Shown: positions 1 to 8,114 of the stretch, piece by piece
Numbering within the stretch: the first letter of the stretch is position 1
Layout of the letters: the number at the start of each line of letters is the position of its first letter
NCBI GenBank assembly: GCA_028874675.1
Contig: JAPPJA010000038.1
Location: 1-40,000 of the forward strand
Direction: 5' to 3'
DNA from: Chloroflexota bacterium
GTDB taxonomy: Bacteria; Chloroflexota; Dehalococcoidia; Lucifugimonadales; UBA3495
Length of the DNA: 40,000 bases
The notes under the pieces: generated by a model
The model's database searches: none
The model's input: the letters and a program-made list of their open reading frames with translations, nothing else
What the model was told of the DNA's origin: nothing
Program-made: the position numbers and the translations under genes

Positions 1-54
1 AAGATGACCTGGGTGTCTTCAGAAACAAACCGGCATAATTAGTTGGAGCAAATG

Positions 55-91
55 GCCCTCACCCCCGGCCCCTCTCCCTCGGGGAGAGGGG
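55..91. repeat. GC-rich hairpin repeat, copy 1 (gccctcacccccgg-CCCCTCTCCC-tcg-GGGAGAGGGG)
   Basis: 10-bp stem at 69-78/82-91. The same 37-nt unit recurs at 994-1030 (same orientation) and 1186-1222 (inverted). Confidence 0.7.
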
Positions 92-327
92 TGAAGTTTG
101 GGTTGGGGTGACAGTTGGGTGTTGACGGGTTAGATGGCCACTGCCTAGCCTGAATATTGTCGGACAAGGGCGGAAATGCAACCGGCCGGACGACGGGCAA
201 CTGAATAGACGGGCGCGGGCAGCGTCCACAGATGTACGCGAGGGACTGACCTTTGTGGGTTGGTCTCTTTTTGTTTTGAGACCGAAGCTGCCAGCGGCGG
301 GAAATCAGGAGAGAAGGAGGGGCGAAG

Positions 328-1020
328 TTGAGGGTGAATTTTCCGGGGGAGCCGGGCGAAGACGGGGAACGGGAGCGGGAGCTGCTGCTGGAATCGCTGG
401 AGCGGTACCGGCGGGGGCTGACGGACGCGCCCCTGCTGCGGAAGCGGGGAATGGGTCCGGCCGGCGGGCGCGAGGTGGTGACGGAGGAGGGCCGGAGGCG
501 GGAGAGCACCGGCAAGGACGGGGAAGGCGGCGCGGCCATGACCTTCGTCATTTCCGATGAGGAGGTGGACCGGCACGGCGACGTGGTGGTGGCCCAGGGG
601 TGGAGGCTGCAGGCCTACCGGAGCAACCCGGTGCTGCTGTGGGCCCATAACTACGGGCTGCCGGCCATCGGGCGGGCGGCGGCGGTGTGGGCGGAGCCGG
701 GGCAGCTACTGGCGCGGATGGAGTTCGCGCCGACGGGCTTCGCGCAGGAGGTGGCGGCCCTGTACCGCAGCGGGTACCAGCAGGGAGTGTCGGTGGGGTT
801 CAAGCCGCTGCGGTACGAGGAGCGGCGGGACGGGGTGACCGGAGCCTTCCTGGGCGTCCGGTTCCTGGAGCAAGAGCTGATCGAGGTAAGCGCGGTGCCG
901 GTGCCGGCCAACCGCAATGCGCTGCTGCGGGAACGGGGGCCGGAGGAGGGGAGCAAGGGAGTGACGCTGGAGGAGGTGGTTGCGGTGTTGCGGGCCCTCA
1001 CCCCCGGCCCCTCTCCCTGA
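328..1020 (+). CDS. HK97-family prohead serine protease (possibly with a charged N-terminal extension)
   Basis: FVISDEEVDRHGDVV, WAHN (His) and GVSVGFKP (Ser) motifs are typical of caudoviral prohead proteases. AAGGAGG at 314-320 lies 7 nt before TTG 328. The alternative start ATG 538 begins the protease domain proper. The last ~9 codons and the stop lie inside the repeat at 994-1030. Confidence 0.8.
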   Translation: MRVNFPGEPGEDGERERELLLESLERYRRGLTDAPLLRKRGMGPAGGREVVTEEGRRRESTGKDGEGGAAMTFVISDEEVDRHGDVVVAQGWRLQAYRSNPVLLWAHNYGLPAIGRAAAVWAEPGQLLARMEFAPTGFAQEVAALYRSGYQQGVSVGFKPLRYEERRDGVTGAFLGVRFLEQELIEVSAVPVPANRNALLRERGPEEGSKGVTLEEVVAVLRALTPGPSP

Positions 1021-1222
1021 GGGAGAGGGGGGAAGAGAGGACGTGGGTCTGGGTAGGAGAGGGGGTTGCGGGTTGGGGCCAGGGCGACCGCAAGGGTCGC
1101 CGCCACGATGGGGTGGGAAATGGCAGGGGCGGGGAACGGCCGTGCGCCCGTGACCCATACGCTCCCAACCCACATACATCCTTCCCCCCTCTCCCTGAGG
1201 GAGAGGGGCCGGGGGTGAGGGC
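994..1222. mobile_element. MITE-like 229-bp element with 37-bp terminal inverted repeats
   Basis: 994-1030 (gccctcacccccggcccctctccctgagggagagggg) and 1186-1222 are near-exact reverse complements. There is an internal hairpin ggcgacc-gcaag-ggtcgcc at 1083-1101. No coding capacity was recognised. The element sits between the protease and capsid genes. Confidence 0.6.
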
Positions 1223-1261
1223 ATCCCCACGAATTGGAACAAATTGCAAAGGAGGAGTTGT

Positions 1262-2593
1262 ATGACCCTGGGAACACAGGATATTGAGGTTATCAAGCGG
1301 GAAGTGGCGGGGATACGCGACTTTTACGCCTCGCGGATGGACTCGGAGCTGGCGCCGCTGCAGGAGGAGGTGGGGCGCATTGCCGCCCAGCTGGGACGGG
1401 TGCAGGAGCAGTGGCGGGACGGGGAACGGCGGGCGCTGCTGGCCAGGTACGGGGGCGAGGACCGGCCCCGGGTGTCCCACGGCAAGTACCGGGGAATGGA
1501 CGCCCTGTCGCTGGCCTACGTGCGCAGCGTGCTGAACGCCCAGCTGCGGGAGCCGGCGGGGCTGAACCAGCGGATGCTGGAGGACTGGCAGACCAACCTG
1601 AAGGCGGCCCTGGACAGCACCACCGCCGGAACGGGGGACGAGCTGGTGGCCACGGCCGAGGCCTCGGCGCTGTGGTCGGACGTCAACCTGGAAACGCTGA
1701 TTGCGCCCCTGTTCTCGCGGGTGGAAATGCCGACCAATCCCTTTGAGATTCCGCTGCAGCTGGGCGGCGTGAACTGGTACCCGGGGACGGAGAACACGGC
1801 GGTTACGGGAACGGCGCCGGCCACGGCCCGCCAGACCCTGACGGCCCACGAGCTGGTGGCCGAGGTCCCCTGGTCGCTGACGCTGGACGAGGACGCGGTG
1901 ATCGCCATGGCGGAGGAGGTGCGCAGTTCGCTGGTGCGCAACGCGGTGGAGGTGATTGACGACGTGCTGCTGAACGCCGACACCACCGCCGCCAACGGCA
2001 TCAACGCCGACGGGGCCACCATAACGGCCGCCACGGCGGGCAAGGGTCACTGGCTGGTGGGCTTTGACGGCCTGCTGCATCTGCCCCTGGTGGACAACGC
2101 GACGCAGGCCAACAACCACAACGCGGCGGTCAGCGACGGTATGTTCAACGAGGTCCGGGGCAAGCTGGGCAGGTACGGGGTAAGGCCGTCGGAACTGGCG
2201 TACATCATGGATGTGAGCACCTACATAAAGTCGCTGACGGTGAGCAATTTCCGCACCCTGGACAAGCTGGGGAACAACGCCACCCTGCTGCGGGGCCAGC
2301 TGGGCGCGGTGGAAGGGATTCCGGTGATCGTGTCGGAGCAGATGGCCACCGCCGATGCCGACGGCAAGGTTACCGACGGCGGCAACGCCAACACCAAGGG
2401 CCGGCTGCTGATTACCAACCGGACCCAGTGGCGGCTGGGGTTCCGCCGGGAGTTGCTGATCGAGACCACGCGGGATATCCAGAAGCGGCAGAACGTGATG
2501 GTGGTGAGCATGCGCCTGGCCTTCATGGAGCGGACGGGCAGCCGGAGCACGGCCACCCACACCGCGCTGCAGTACAACATAACCGGAGTCTAG
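1262..2593 (+). CDS. HK97-family phage major capsid protein with N-terminal delta/scaffold-like domain
   Basis: GGAGG at 1251-1255 lies 6 nt before ATG 1262. It directly follows a prohead protease gene. The N-terminus is coiled-coil-like (EVAGIRDFYASRMDSELAPLQEEVGRIAAQL). The body resembles HK97-fold capsid proteins, and the ~440 aa length is typical. Confidence 0.85.
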   Translation: MTLGTQDIEVIKREVAGIRDFYASRMDSELAPLQEEVGRIAAQLGRVQEQWRDGERRALLARYGGEDRPRVSHGKYRGMDALSLAYVRSVLNAQLREPAGLNQRMLEDWQTNLKAALDSTTAGTGDELVATAEASALWSDVNLETLIAPLFSRVEMPTNPFEIPLQLGGVNWYPGTENTAVTGTAPATARQTLTAHELVAEVPWSLTLDEDAVIAMAEEVRSSLVRNAVEVIDDVLLNADTTAANGINADGATITAATAGKGHWLVGFDGLLHLPLVDNATQANNHNAAVSDGMFNEVRGKLGRYGVRPSELAYIMDVSTYIKSLTVSNFRTLDKLGNNATLLRGQLGAVEGIPVIVSEQMATADADGKVTDGGNANTKGRLLITNRTQWRLGFRRELLIETTRDIQKRQNVMVVSMRLAFMERTGSRSTATHTALQYNITGV

Positions 2594-2607
2594 GCCATCA
2601 CGGTTAT

Positions 2608-2710
2608 TTGTCCACGAATAGACACGAATCTTCACGAATGCTGTATTCGCTTCAATTCCATTAGTGAAGACTCGTGCTCATTAGTGGATTTCGTTGTGCT
2701 CAGTGGATAA
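2608..2710. repeat. Inverted pair of 10-bp-periodic CACGAAT heptamer arrays with DnaA-box-like outer heads
   Basis: Forward: TTGTCCAC head at 2608-2615, CACGAAT at 2613, 2623 and 2633. Reverse: ATTAGTG 2660, ACTCGTG 2670, ATTAGTG 2680, degenerate units at 2690 and 2700, GTGGATAA head at 2703-2710. Confidence 0.75.
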
Positions 2711-2728
2711 AGGAGGGCGGAAAGATTT

Positions 2729-3580
2729 ATGACCAATGCCTATTGCGATTTGGCGACGCTGAAGTCGGGAGGGGCGCTGAACATCAGCGGCAGCGGCCAC
2801 GACCGGCGGCTGCTGCATCTGCTGGAAGAGGCGTCGCGGCTGATTGACGGGTACTGCAACCGCCATTTCTACGTGCTGGAGACCACGCGGCAGTTCGAGG
2901 CCAACTGGTGGTCGCCGGGGCTGCAGCAGCTGCTGGTGCCGGACCTGATCGGCGCGGACTCGGTGCGGGTGGCCGCCAAGTTCGACGGGGTGGACAGCCC
3001 GCCCGGGTGGCGGACGGCGGAGTACCGGCTGTATCCCATGGACGCGGCGCCGGAACGGGCGTGGGGACGTCCCTATACCCGCATGGCAATTGAGCCGGTG
3101 TGCACGCCCGTGTGCCGCCGGACGGACTGCCACGCCCTGGTGGAAGTGGCCGGCCGGTGGGGCTACCGGCAGGACCTGCAGGAGACGGGAGTCGCCACCA
3201 GCGCGGCGCTGGGCGCGGGGGACGCCTCGGTGACGGTGTCGGGAACGGTACCGGGAACGGAGGGGATATCCCCGGGTCAGACGCTGAGGCTGGACGACGA
3301 GCAGGTTTACGTGACCGCCGTGGCGGCGCAGGGACTGACGGTGGAACGGGGGGTCAACGGGACCGAGGCGGCGGCCCACGAGCCAGGGACATCCATCAAC
3401 GCATACCGCTACCCCGGGCCGGTATCGGAGGCGTGCCTGCAACTGGCGGTGCAGCTGTGGCACACGCGGGGCCGGGCGGCAGTCGGGGAGAATGAGGCGG
3501 GGCGTCGGCCTGAATCGTCCGGCGGCCTGGGACGAGAGGCGAAGGCGCTGGTGGCGGCCTACCGGAAGCTGGCGCTTTGA
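2729..3580 (+). CDS. Phage gp6-like head-tail connector/adaptor protein (N-terminal domain) with additional C-terminal region
   Basis: The N-terminus YCDLATLKSGGALNISGSGHDRRLLHLLEEASRLIDGYCNRHFY matches the usual pattern of gp6-like head-tail connector proteins. Its position immediately after the capsid gene fits. Confidence 0.6.
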   Translation: MTNAYCDLATLKSGGALNISGSGHDRRLLHLLEEASRLIDGYCNRHFYVLETTRQFEANWWSPGLQQLLVPDLIGADSVRVAAKFDGVDSPPGWRTAEYRLYPMDAAPERAWGRPYTRMAIEPVCTPVCRRTDCHALVEVAGRWGYRQDLQETGVATSAALGAGDASVTVSGTVPGTEGISPGQTLRLDDEQVYVTAVAAQGLTVERGVNGTEAAAHEPGTSINAYRYPGPVSEACLQLAVQLWHTRGRAAVGENEAGRRPESSGGLGREAKALVAAYRKLAL

Positions 3581-3592
3581 CGCGGGATGTTT

Positions 3593-3624
3593 TTATCCAC
3601 GAATGGGCACGAATTCTCACTAAT
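3593..3624 (+). repeat. CACGAAT heptamer array (half element)
   Basis: TTATCCAC head at 3593-3600. CACGAAT at 3598 and 3608, CACTAAT at 3618. Starts 12 nt after the stop codon at 3578-3580. Confidence 0.75.
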
Positions 3625-3638
3625 GGAACGGGGGTGAA

Positions 3639-4055
3639 ATGGCGCTGATTGAGGTGAGAGACGAGCTGGCGAGACGGCTGGGGCGGATGGAGGGAGTAAG
3701 GGTGTATGGCGAGCCGCCCGACGTGGTGACGGAATTGCCGGCAGCCATCATCCGGCCGGGCAAGCCGCTGGCGGAATACAACGGGACGCTGGCGGGCAAC
3801 GACGTGGCCTACGGCCTGGAAGCTCTGGTCCTGACCGGCTCGGGTGATGATGCCCAGGCATGGGAGGAAATGGCGGCCTTCGTGGCGCCCACGGGACCAA
3901 AGTCGGTCAAGGCGCAGGTGGAGGACGCAACGGGCGCGCAAGGAGCGGTGGACTGGTTCCGGGTGACCCGGGCCTCCGAGGGCGGACGCGTCGGCTACGG
4001 CAAGGCCAGCTACTGGGGAGTCGCCTTCCAGGTGCAGGGGTATGTGAGTGGGTAG
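3639..4055 (+). CDS. Phage structural protein, head-tail joining / tail-terminator-like (function tentative)
   Basis: 138 aa ORF, co-oriented and tightly spaced within the morphogenesis cluster. Size and position fit neck or tail-completion proteins. No diagnostic motif was recognised. Confidence 0.5.
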   Translation: MALIEVRDELARRLGRMEGVRVYGEPPDVVTELPAAIIRPGKPLAEYNGTLAGNDVAYGLEALVLTGSGDDAQAWEEMAAFVAPTGPKSVKAQVEDATGAQGAVDWFRVTRASEGGRVGYGKASYWGVAFQVQGYVSG

Positions 4056-4108
4056 GTCTGCCGACACCCACAGGGATTTCCGGGGACCGGGTAAGGAGGA
4101 GGGTATTT

Positions 4109-4552
4109 ATGGCCAAAGCGCCGGTGGCGGGTCGCAGCTACATCGAGGTTAGTGACTCCAATGGAGTGGCCCGAAACCTGTCCTCATACGTTGAGGCGGT
4201 GGAACCCCTGGGGCTGCAGGTGTCGGCGCTGGACGTTACGGGCCTGAATGACGAATCGCGGCAACTGGCCGCCGGCCCTGAGCCGGTGCAGGAGTTCACG
4301 CTGCGGGGCCTGTTCGACGATACGCCGGTGACGGGTCCGGACGCGGTGCTGGCGGGAATAGTGGGCCAGGTGGTAACGGTCAGCTACGGCCCGGCGGGCA
4401 GGGGAGCGGGACAGCGCAGAGTCACCGGACAGTTCCTCTGCCTCAGCTACCAGGTCGGCGGCAGCGTCGCCGAAGGGGGCGGGTCAGGACTGGTGAGGTT
4501 TACCGCCAGGTTCCAGCAGTCGGGGCCGGTGACCCTGGAAGTGTGGAGCTGA
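4109..4552 (+). CDS. Phage major tail (tube)-like protein (tentative)
   Basis: TAAGGAGGAGG at 4092-4102 precedes ATG 4109, an internal start of track ORF 3860..4552. The 147 aa product has a beta-rich composition. Position after the neck genes fits a tail tube protein. Confidence 0.5.
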   Translation: MAKAPVAGRSYIEVSDSNGVARNLSSYVEAVEPLGLQVSALDVTGLNDESRQLAAGPEPVQEFTLRGLFDDTPVTGPDAVLAGIVGQVVTVSYGPAGRGAGQRRVTGQFLCLSYQVGGSVAEGGGSGLVRFTARFQQSGPVTLEVWS

Positions 4553-4578
4553 AGGGTTGAATTCTTTGAGGGGAGGCG

Positions 4579-6624
4579 ATGGGGCAAATGGTCAGTCCTC
4601 GCTGGCGAATATGGGTGGATTGGAACGGCAACGGGACCTGGGGAGAGTCCAGCGGAGCCTACCGGGAAGAGGTCACGGAAGATGTGCTGGACCTGGAATG
4701 GAGGTGGGGAAAGCGGGCAGGGATTTCGGGAACCCGGCGCCGGATGCCGCCGGCCGAGTTGAACCTCACCCTGGGCAACGGGGACCAGCAGTACACCCCG
4801 GGGAATTCACAGTCGCCCCTGCACGGTCACCTGAACGCGGGGAAACGGGTTTGGGCGGCCTTCGCCTGGCCGCTGGATGACTTCCAGGGGACCAACGGCA
4901 GGGACCTGAACGGAAGGGCGGCGCCGGTGGGAGAAGGGGCCGCGTGGAGCAAGGCGTCCACCGGGCCGGCCGGCGTGGTCGTGGAGCAGGGAATGGCCAA
5001 ACCCGCCAGCGGCGGCGGCGGGGCCATCTACACCCTGGACTTCGGCGAAGCGGACGCTCACGTGGGGTTTATTTTCCGGCGCAGCAGTAACGGCGGCAGC
5101 GGGGTCGCGCTGCGGGTGGCCAGCCAGTGGGACTACCTCAGGGTGAGCTTCCGCAACGACGGCACCGTGCTGGAGGACGTCACCTTTGGCTTTCCGTCGT
5201 TCCTGCGGCGGGGAGACCCGCTGGCGGCAGACCGGGACTACTTCATCGAAATCGCCATGCACGGAAGCTCGGTGCGCCTGTTTGCCACCGACCTGAGCCA
5301 AGGCAGCGCGGACCGCAAGACTATCCTGGACGGGGGCGGCAACGCCGGCAATGCCACTGCCACCCGGCACGGCCTGTGGCACGACGGATCGGCCGCCGCC
5401 ACAGCAGACCGGTGGGGCCAGTTTGGAGGCTGGCGCAGTTTCTTCTACGGGTCGGTGGCGCGGCTTTCGCCGGAGCGGGACCCGGAACTGGGGTACGTCT
5501 GCCGGATTACGGCGCGGGACGACCTGCACCTGCTGGCCCAGTGGCCCCTGTACAACCTGTTCAACCAGTCCCCGCTTTCCACCGGCAGCCTCGCCAACAG
5601 CATCCTCACCTGGGCCGGCTTCAGCCCCAGCCACCGGCGGCTGGACCAGGGACAGACCCTGGTAGCCACTGAACCGAGGGCGATGTGGCGGATTTCGGCG
5701 GAGAGGGCGCTGGCCGGCCTGGCCGAAGAGGAGAACGGGCGCATTTACCTGGATGGGCGGGGTTATGTGCAGCTGGAAGACGCCGGTCACCGTAATGCCG
5801 GCCCCCATGCAGCGGCGCGGGTCACGCTGCGGGACACCAGCGGCTCCGGCCCCTATTTCTCCGAGCTGGTCTGGGACGACGGCAATGACGGGGTGGAGAA
5901 CTCGGTGGCCTTCCGGTATCGCCTGGCCACAAGCCGCGGCCCGCAGGAGATATGGCAGTTGCGGGATGTTCCGGCCATACCCGCCGGCGCCACCCGGGAC
6001 TTCCTGGCGGAAAGCGACAGGTACGAGGTTGTGGACTCTTTCCAGGCGCCGGCGGCCAACTCCGACTACACCGCCAACTCCCGTCCCGACGGAAGGGGTG
6101 ACGATATGACCGACAGCGTCACCGTTTCACTGCCCTACGCGCCCGGCGGCTCGCTGGCCGCGCCGTCGGACCGGTACCGGGGAAGGGGGACGGTGGTGCG
6201 GGTGACCAACGACCACGCATCGGCCACCGCCTACCTGACCCTGCTGCGACTGATGGCAGACCGGACGTATGAGGCGCCCGAACCCACCAGCTACCGGGCT
6301 GAAGACACGGCCAGCCAGTCCGCCCACGGCCTACGGGACGCGGCGGTGGAGTGCCGGTTCATCGACAACTACGCGGCGGCCCGGGTGGGAGCCGAAGCCC
6401 GGCTGGCTGACGGAAGCAGGGCCAGGGCGCGCCTGGTACTTACCCTTCCCAACGGAGGCGGCGCGAACCTGGCGCAGATGGCGCACCGGGTACTGTCGGA
6501 CCGGATAAGGGTGGTCAGCGGCAGCCCACGCGTTGATGGGGACTTTTTCATCGAGGGAATGGAAATTATTGCGCGGGCGCGTACAGGGGAAATGGTGGCT
6601 CGGTGGCTGGCGGTAGAGGTGTAG
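4579..6624 (+). CDS. Large phage tail-tip / distal-tail-like protein with a probable lectin-like (ConA/LamG-type) insertion (tentative)
   Basis: 681 aa ORF directly after the tube-like gene. The N-terminal (WRIWVDWNGNGTW...LNLTLGNGDQQYTPGN) and C-terminal (DGDFFIEGMEI) segments resemble siphovirus distal tail or minor tail proteins. The central GFIFRRSSNGGSGVALRV...YFIEIAMHGSSVRLFA looks like a beta-sandwich lectin fold. Alternative start at ATG 4588. Confidence 0.55.
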   Translation: MGQMVSPRWRIWVDWNGNGTWGESSGAYREEVTEDVLDLEWRWGKRAGISGTRRRMPPAELNLTLGNGDQQYTPGNSQSPLHGHLNAGKRVWAAFAWPLDDFQGTNGRDLNGRAAPVGEGAAWSKASTGPAGVVVEQGMAKPASGGGGAIYTLDFGEADAHVGFIFRRSSNGGSGVALRVASQWDYLRVSFRNDGTVLEDVTFGFPSFLRRGDPLAADRDYFIEIAMHGSSVRLFATDLSQGSADRKTILDGGGNAGNATATRHGLWHDGSAAATADRWGQFGGWRSFFYGSVARLSPERDPELGYVCRITARDDLHLLAQWPLYNLFNQSPLSTGSLANSILTWAGFSPSHRRLDQGQTLVATEPRAMWRISAERALAGLAEEENGRIYLDGRGYVQLEDAGHRNAGPHAAARVTLRDTSGSGPYFSELVWDDGNDGVENSVAFRYRLATSRGPQEIWQLRDVPAIPAGATRDFLAESDRYEVVDSFQAPAANSDYTANSRPDGRGDDMTDSVTVSLPYAPGGSLAAPSDRYRGRGTVVRVTNDHASATAYLTLLRLMADRTYEAPEPTSYRAEDTASQSAHGLRDAAVECRFIDNYAAARVGAEARLADGSRARARLVLTLPNGGGANLAQMAHRVLSDRIRVVSGSPRVDGDFFIEGMEIIARARTGEMVARWLAVEV

Positions 6625-6879
6625 ATGGGCAGGGACGAGGGACAGCTGTGGGGTCCTTGACGATCTGGAACGTCGAAGTGAAGGTGAAGTCGGAGGCTGG
6701 CGACCTTCACAGCGGCGGAATAGCGGGCTATCTCTCGATGGCGACCAGGCTGAACCCCAGAGCCGTCCATCCGGCCAAAGCCGGTACGACGTTCCCTGGA
6801 CGGGGAAGCCCCGCCACACGGAACTGCTAATAATACTTGGTTAGCGTTCCAATTCAGGTGGCATGGCGCGGGCAGAATG

Positions 6880-6966
6880 GTCGAAATGCTGTCAAGGTCG
6901 GGTTTGAAACCCGCCCCTGCCTGCTATAGGCCACCTGAATCGCAACGTTACGCTACCAGCGGGCAA
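6880..6966 (+). repeat. Conserved ~85-nt intergenic element, copy A (gtcgaaatgc...gggtttgaaacccgcccct.cctgctata...aatcgcaac)
   Basis: Aligns by eye with 27036-27120. Contains the palindrome cgggtttgaaacccg. Copy A is bracketed by the 11-bp inverted repeat attcaggtggc (6852-6862) / gccacctgaat (6930-6940). Confidence 0.65.
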
Positions 6967-6996
6967 TTGATAAGGAACGGGTTCAGGCCGTATAAT
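6967..6996 (+). promoter_or_regulatory. Candidate sigma70-type promoter for pdxS (TTGATA-N18-TATAAT)
   Basis: TTGATA at 6967-6972 and TATAAT at 6991-6996, ~58 nt upstream of the pdxS start. Confidence 0.4.
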
Positions 6997-7054
6997 ACAG
7001 TCGAAAATAGCTTTGAAGCTCAGTTTGCCCTATCCCCCTCGGAGGATGTTGGAT

Positions 7055-7945
7055 ATGGTTGATGTTCTAACCGGTACCTTTACCGTCAAGTCGGGTCACG
7101 CGCAGATGCTCAAAGGCGGCGTCATCATGGATGTGGTGAACGCCGAGCAGGCCATGATTGCCCAGGAGGCAGGGGCCGTAGCCGTAATGGCCCTGGAACG
7201 AGTCCCCGCCGATATCCGCGCCGACGGCGGCGTGGCCCGCATGACCGACCCCGCCATTATCCAGAACATAATGGACTCGGTCAGTATTCCGGTGATGGCC
7301 AAGTGTCGCATCGGGCACTTTGTTGAGGCCCAGGTGCTGGAGGCTATCGGAATTGACTACATTGACGAGTCCGAGGTGCTGACGCCGGCCGACGAGGTTC
7401 ACCACGTGTGGAAGCACGACTTCCAGGTCCCCTTCGTCTGCGGATGCCGCGACCTGGGAGAGGCGCTCCGCCGAATCTCCGAGGGCGCCGCCATGATACG
7501 GACCAAGGGCGAGGCGGGCACCGGCGACGTGGTGGAGGCGGTCCGCCACATGCGCGCCGTGCAGGACGCCATCCGCAAGCTCCAGAACATGCCCGAGGAC
7601 GAACTGGTGGTGGAGGCCCGCAACCTGGCGGTCAGCCTGGAATTGCTGACGCAGACCCGGGAGGAGGGCCGCATGCCGGTGGTCAACTTCGCCGCCGGCG
7701 GCGTTGCCACCCCCGCCGATGCCGCCCTGATGATGCAGCTGGGCGCCGATGGCGTATTCGTGGGCTCAGGCATCTTCAAGTCCGGCGACCCCGCCCAGCG
7801 GGGCTACGCCATCGTCCAGGCCGTCACCCATTACAACGACCCCAAGATACTGGCCGACGTTTCGAAGGATCTGGGAGAGCCGATGGTGGGCATCAGCACC
7901 CGCTCCATCCCGCAGGAAGAACTGCTGGCTCCCCGCAGCATCTGA
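7055..7945 (+). CDS. pdxS: Pyridoxal 5'-phosphate synthase, lyase subunit PdxS
   Basis: Strong family resemblance ([16 protein letters not shown]..., [46 protein letters not shown]). GGAGG at 7041-7045 lies 9 nt before ATG 7055. Track ORF starts at 7013. Confidence 0.95.
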   Translation: MVDVLTGTFTVKSGHAQMLKGGVIMDVVNAEQAMIAQEAGAVAVMALERVPADIRADGGVARMTDPAIIQNIMDSVSIPVMAKCRIGHFVEAQVLEAIGIDYIDESEVLTPADEVHHVWKHDFQVPFVCGCRDLGEALRRISEGAAMIRTKGEAGTGDVVEAVRHMRAVQDAIRKLQNMPEDELVVEARNLAVSLELLTQTREEGRMPVVNFAAGGVATPADAALMMQLGADGVFVGSGIFKSGDPAQRGYAIVQAVTHYNDPKILADVSKDLGEPMVGISTRSIPQEELLAPRSI

Positions 7946-8114
7946 CCCTTTGCATTGCAACGAGGGCAAGGGGGAAGGGCATCGGCCGAGAGAACCGCTG
8001 AGAGCTGCCCCCTGCCCGGTCCAGTGGATACGCCGGGCCCGCCGGTACCACGTCCACGGCGCCGGTGGCAGCGCGAGCAAGGGGTACAAACTCTAAACGC
8101 CGGACAGGAATGCA

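Noticed and set aside
39-648. Overlapping ORFs (39-551 -, 145-648 -, 255-560 +) at the left edge.
   Set aside because: Pro/Arg/Ser-rich nonsense-like translations overlap the repeat at 55-91 and the SD-linked protease ORF. No family resemblance.
998-2635. 545 aa ORF on the minus strand, opposite the capsid gene. Similar long antisense ORFs: 17662-19932 (+), 20010-22118 (+), 23526-24638 (+), 28144-29460 (-), 31120-32367 (+), 32685-33914 (-), 10527-11573 (-), 4807-5808 (-).
   Set aside because: Each lies antisense to a gene with clear family motifs. Their translations are Arg/Gly/Pro/His-rich low-complexity strings typical of shadow ORFs in high-GC DNA, with no recognisable domains or SD-linked starts.
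2608-2710. Possibility that the periodic CACGAAT arrays are a miniature CRISPR array.
   Set aside because: The period is 10 bp with 3-nt gaps, far too short for repeat-spacer units. No cas genes are present, and the arrays are dispersed as 3-unit blocks.
4553-4578. Search for a tape-measure gene or a G/GT-type frameshift chaperone pair between the tube-like gene and the 681 aa gene.
   Set aside because: Only 26 nt separate the two genes. The 681 aa product has none of the long helical, repeat-rich character of tape measures. The absence is reported as a finding rather than as a feature.
6603-6830. 75 aa ORF overlapping the end of the 681 aa tail-like gene (possible GTG start near 6647).
   Set aside because: No recognisable family, a weak start context and an unremarkable composition. 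It cannot be supported from sequence alone.
6895-6925. tRNA-like anticodon stem-loop (cggg-UUUGAAA-cccg, anticodon UGA) inside the conserved element, suggesting a tRNA or tRNA-derived element.
   Set aside because: No acceptor, D or T arms could be drawn around it in either copy. In copy B the stem pairs differently. It is more simply a palindromic core of a repeat.
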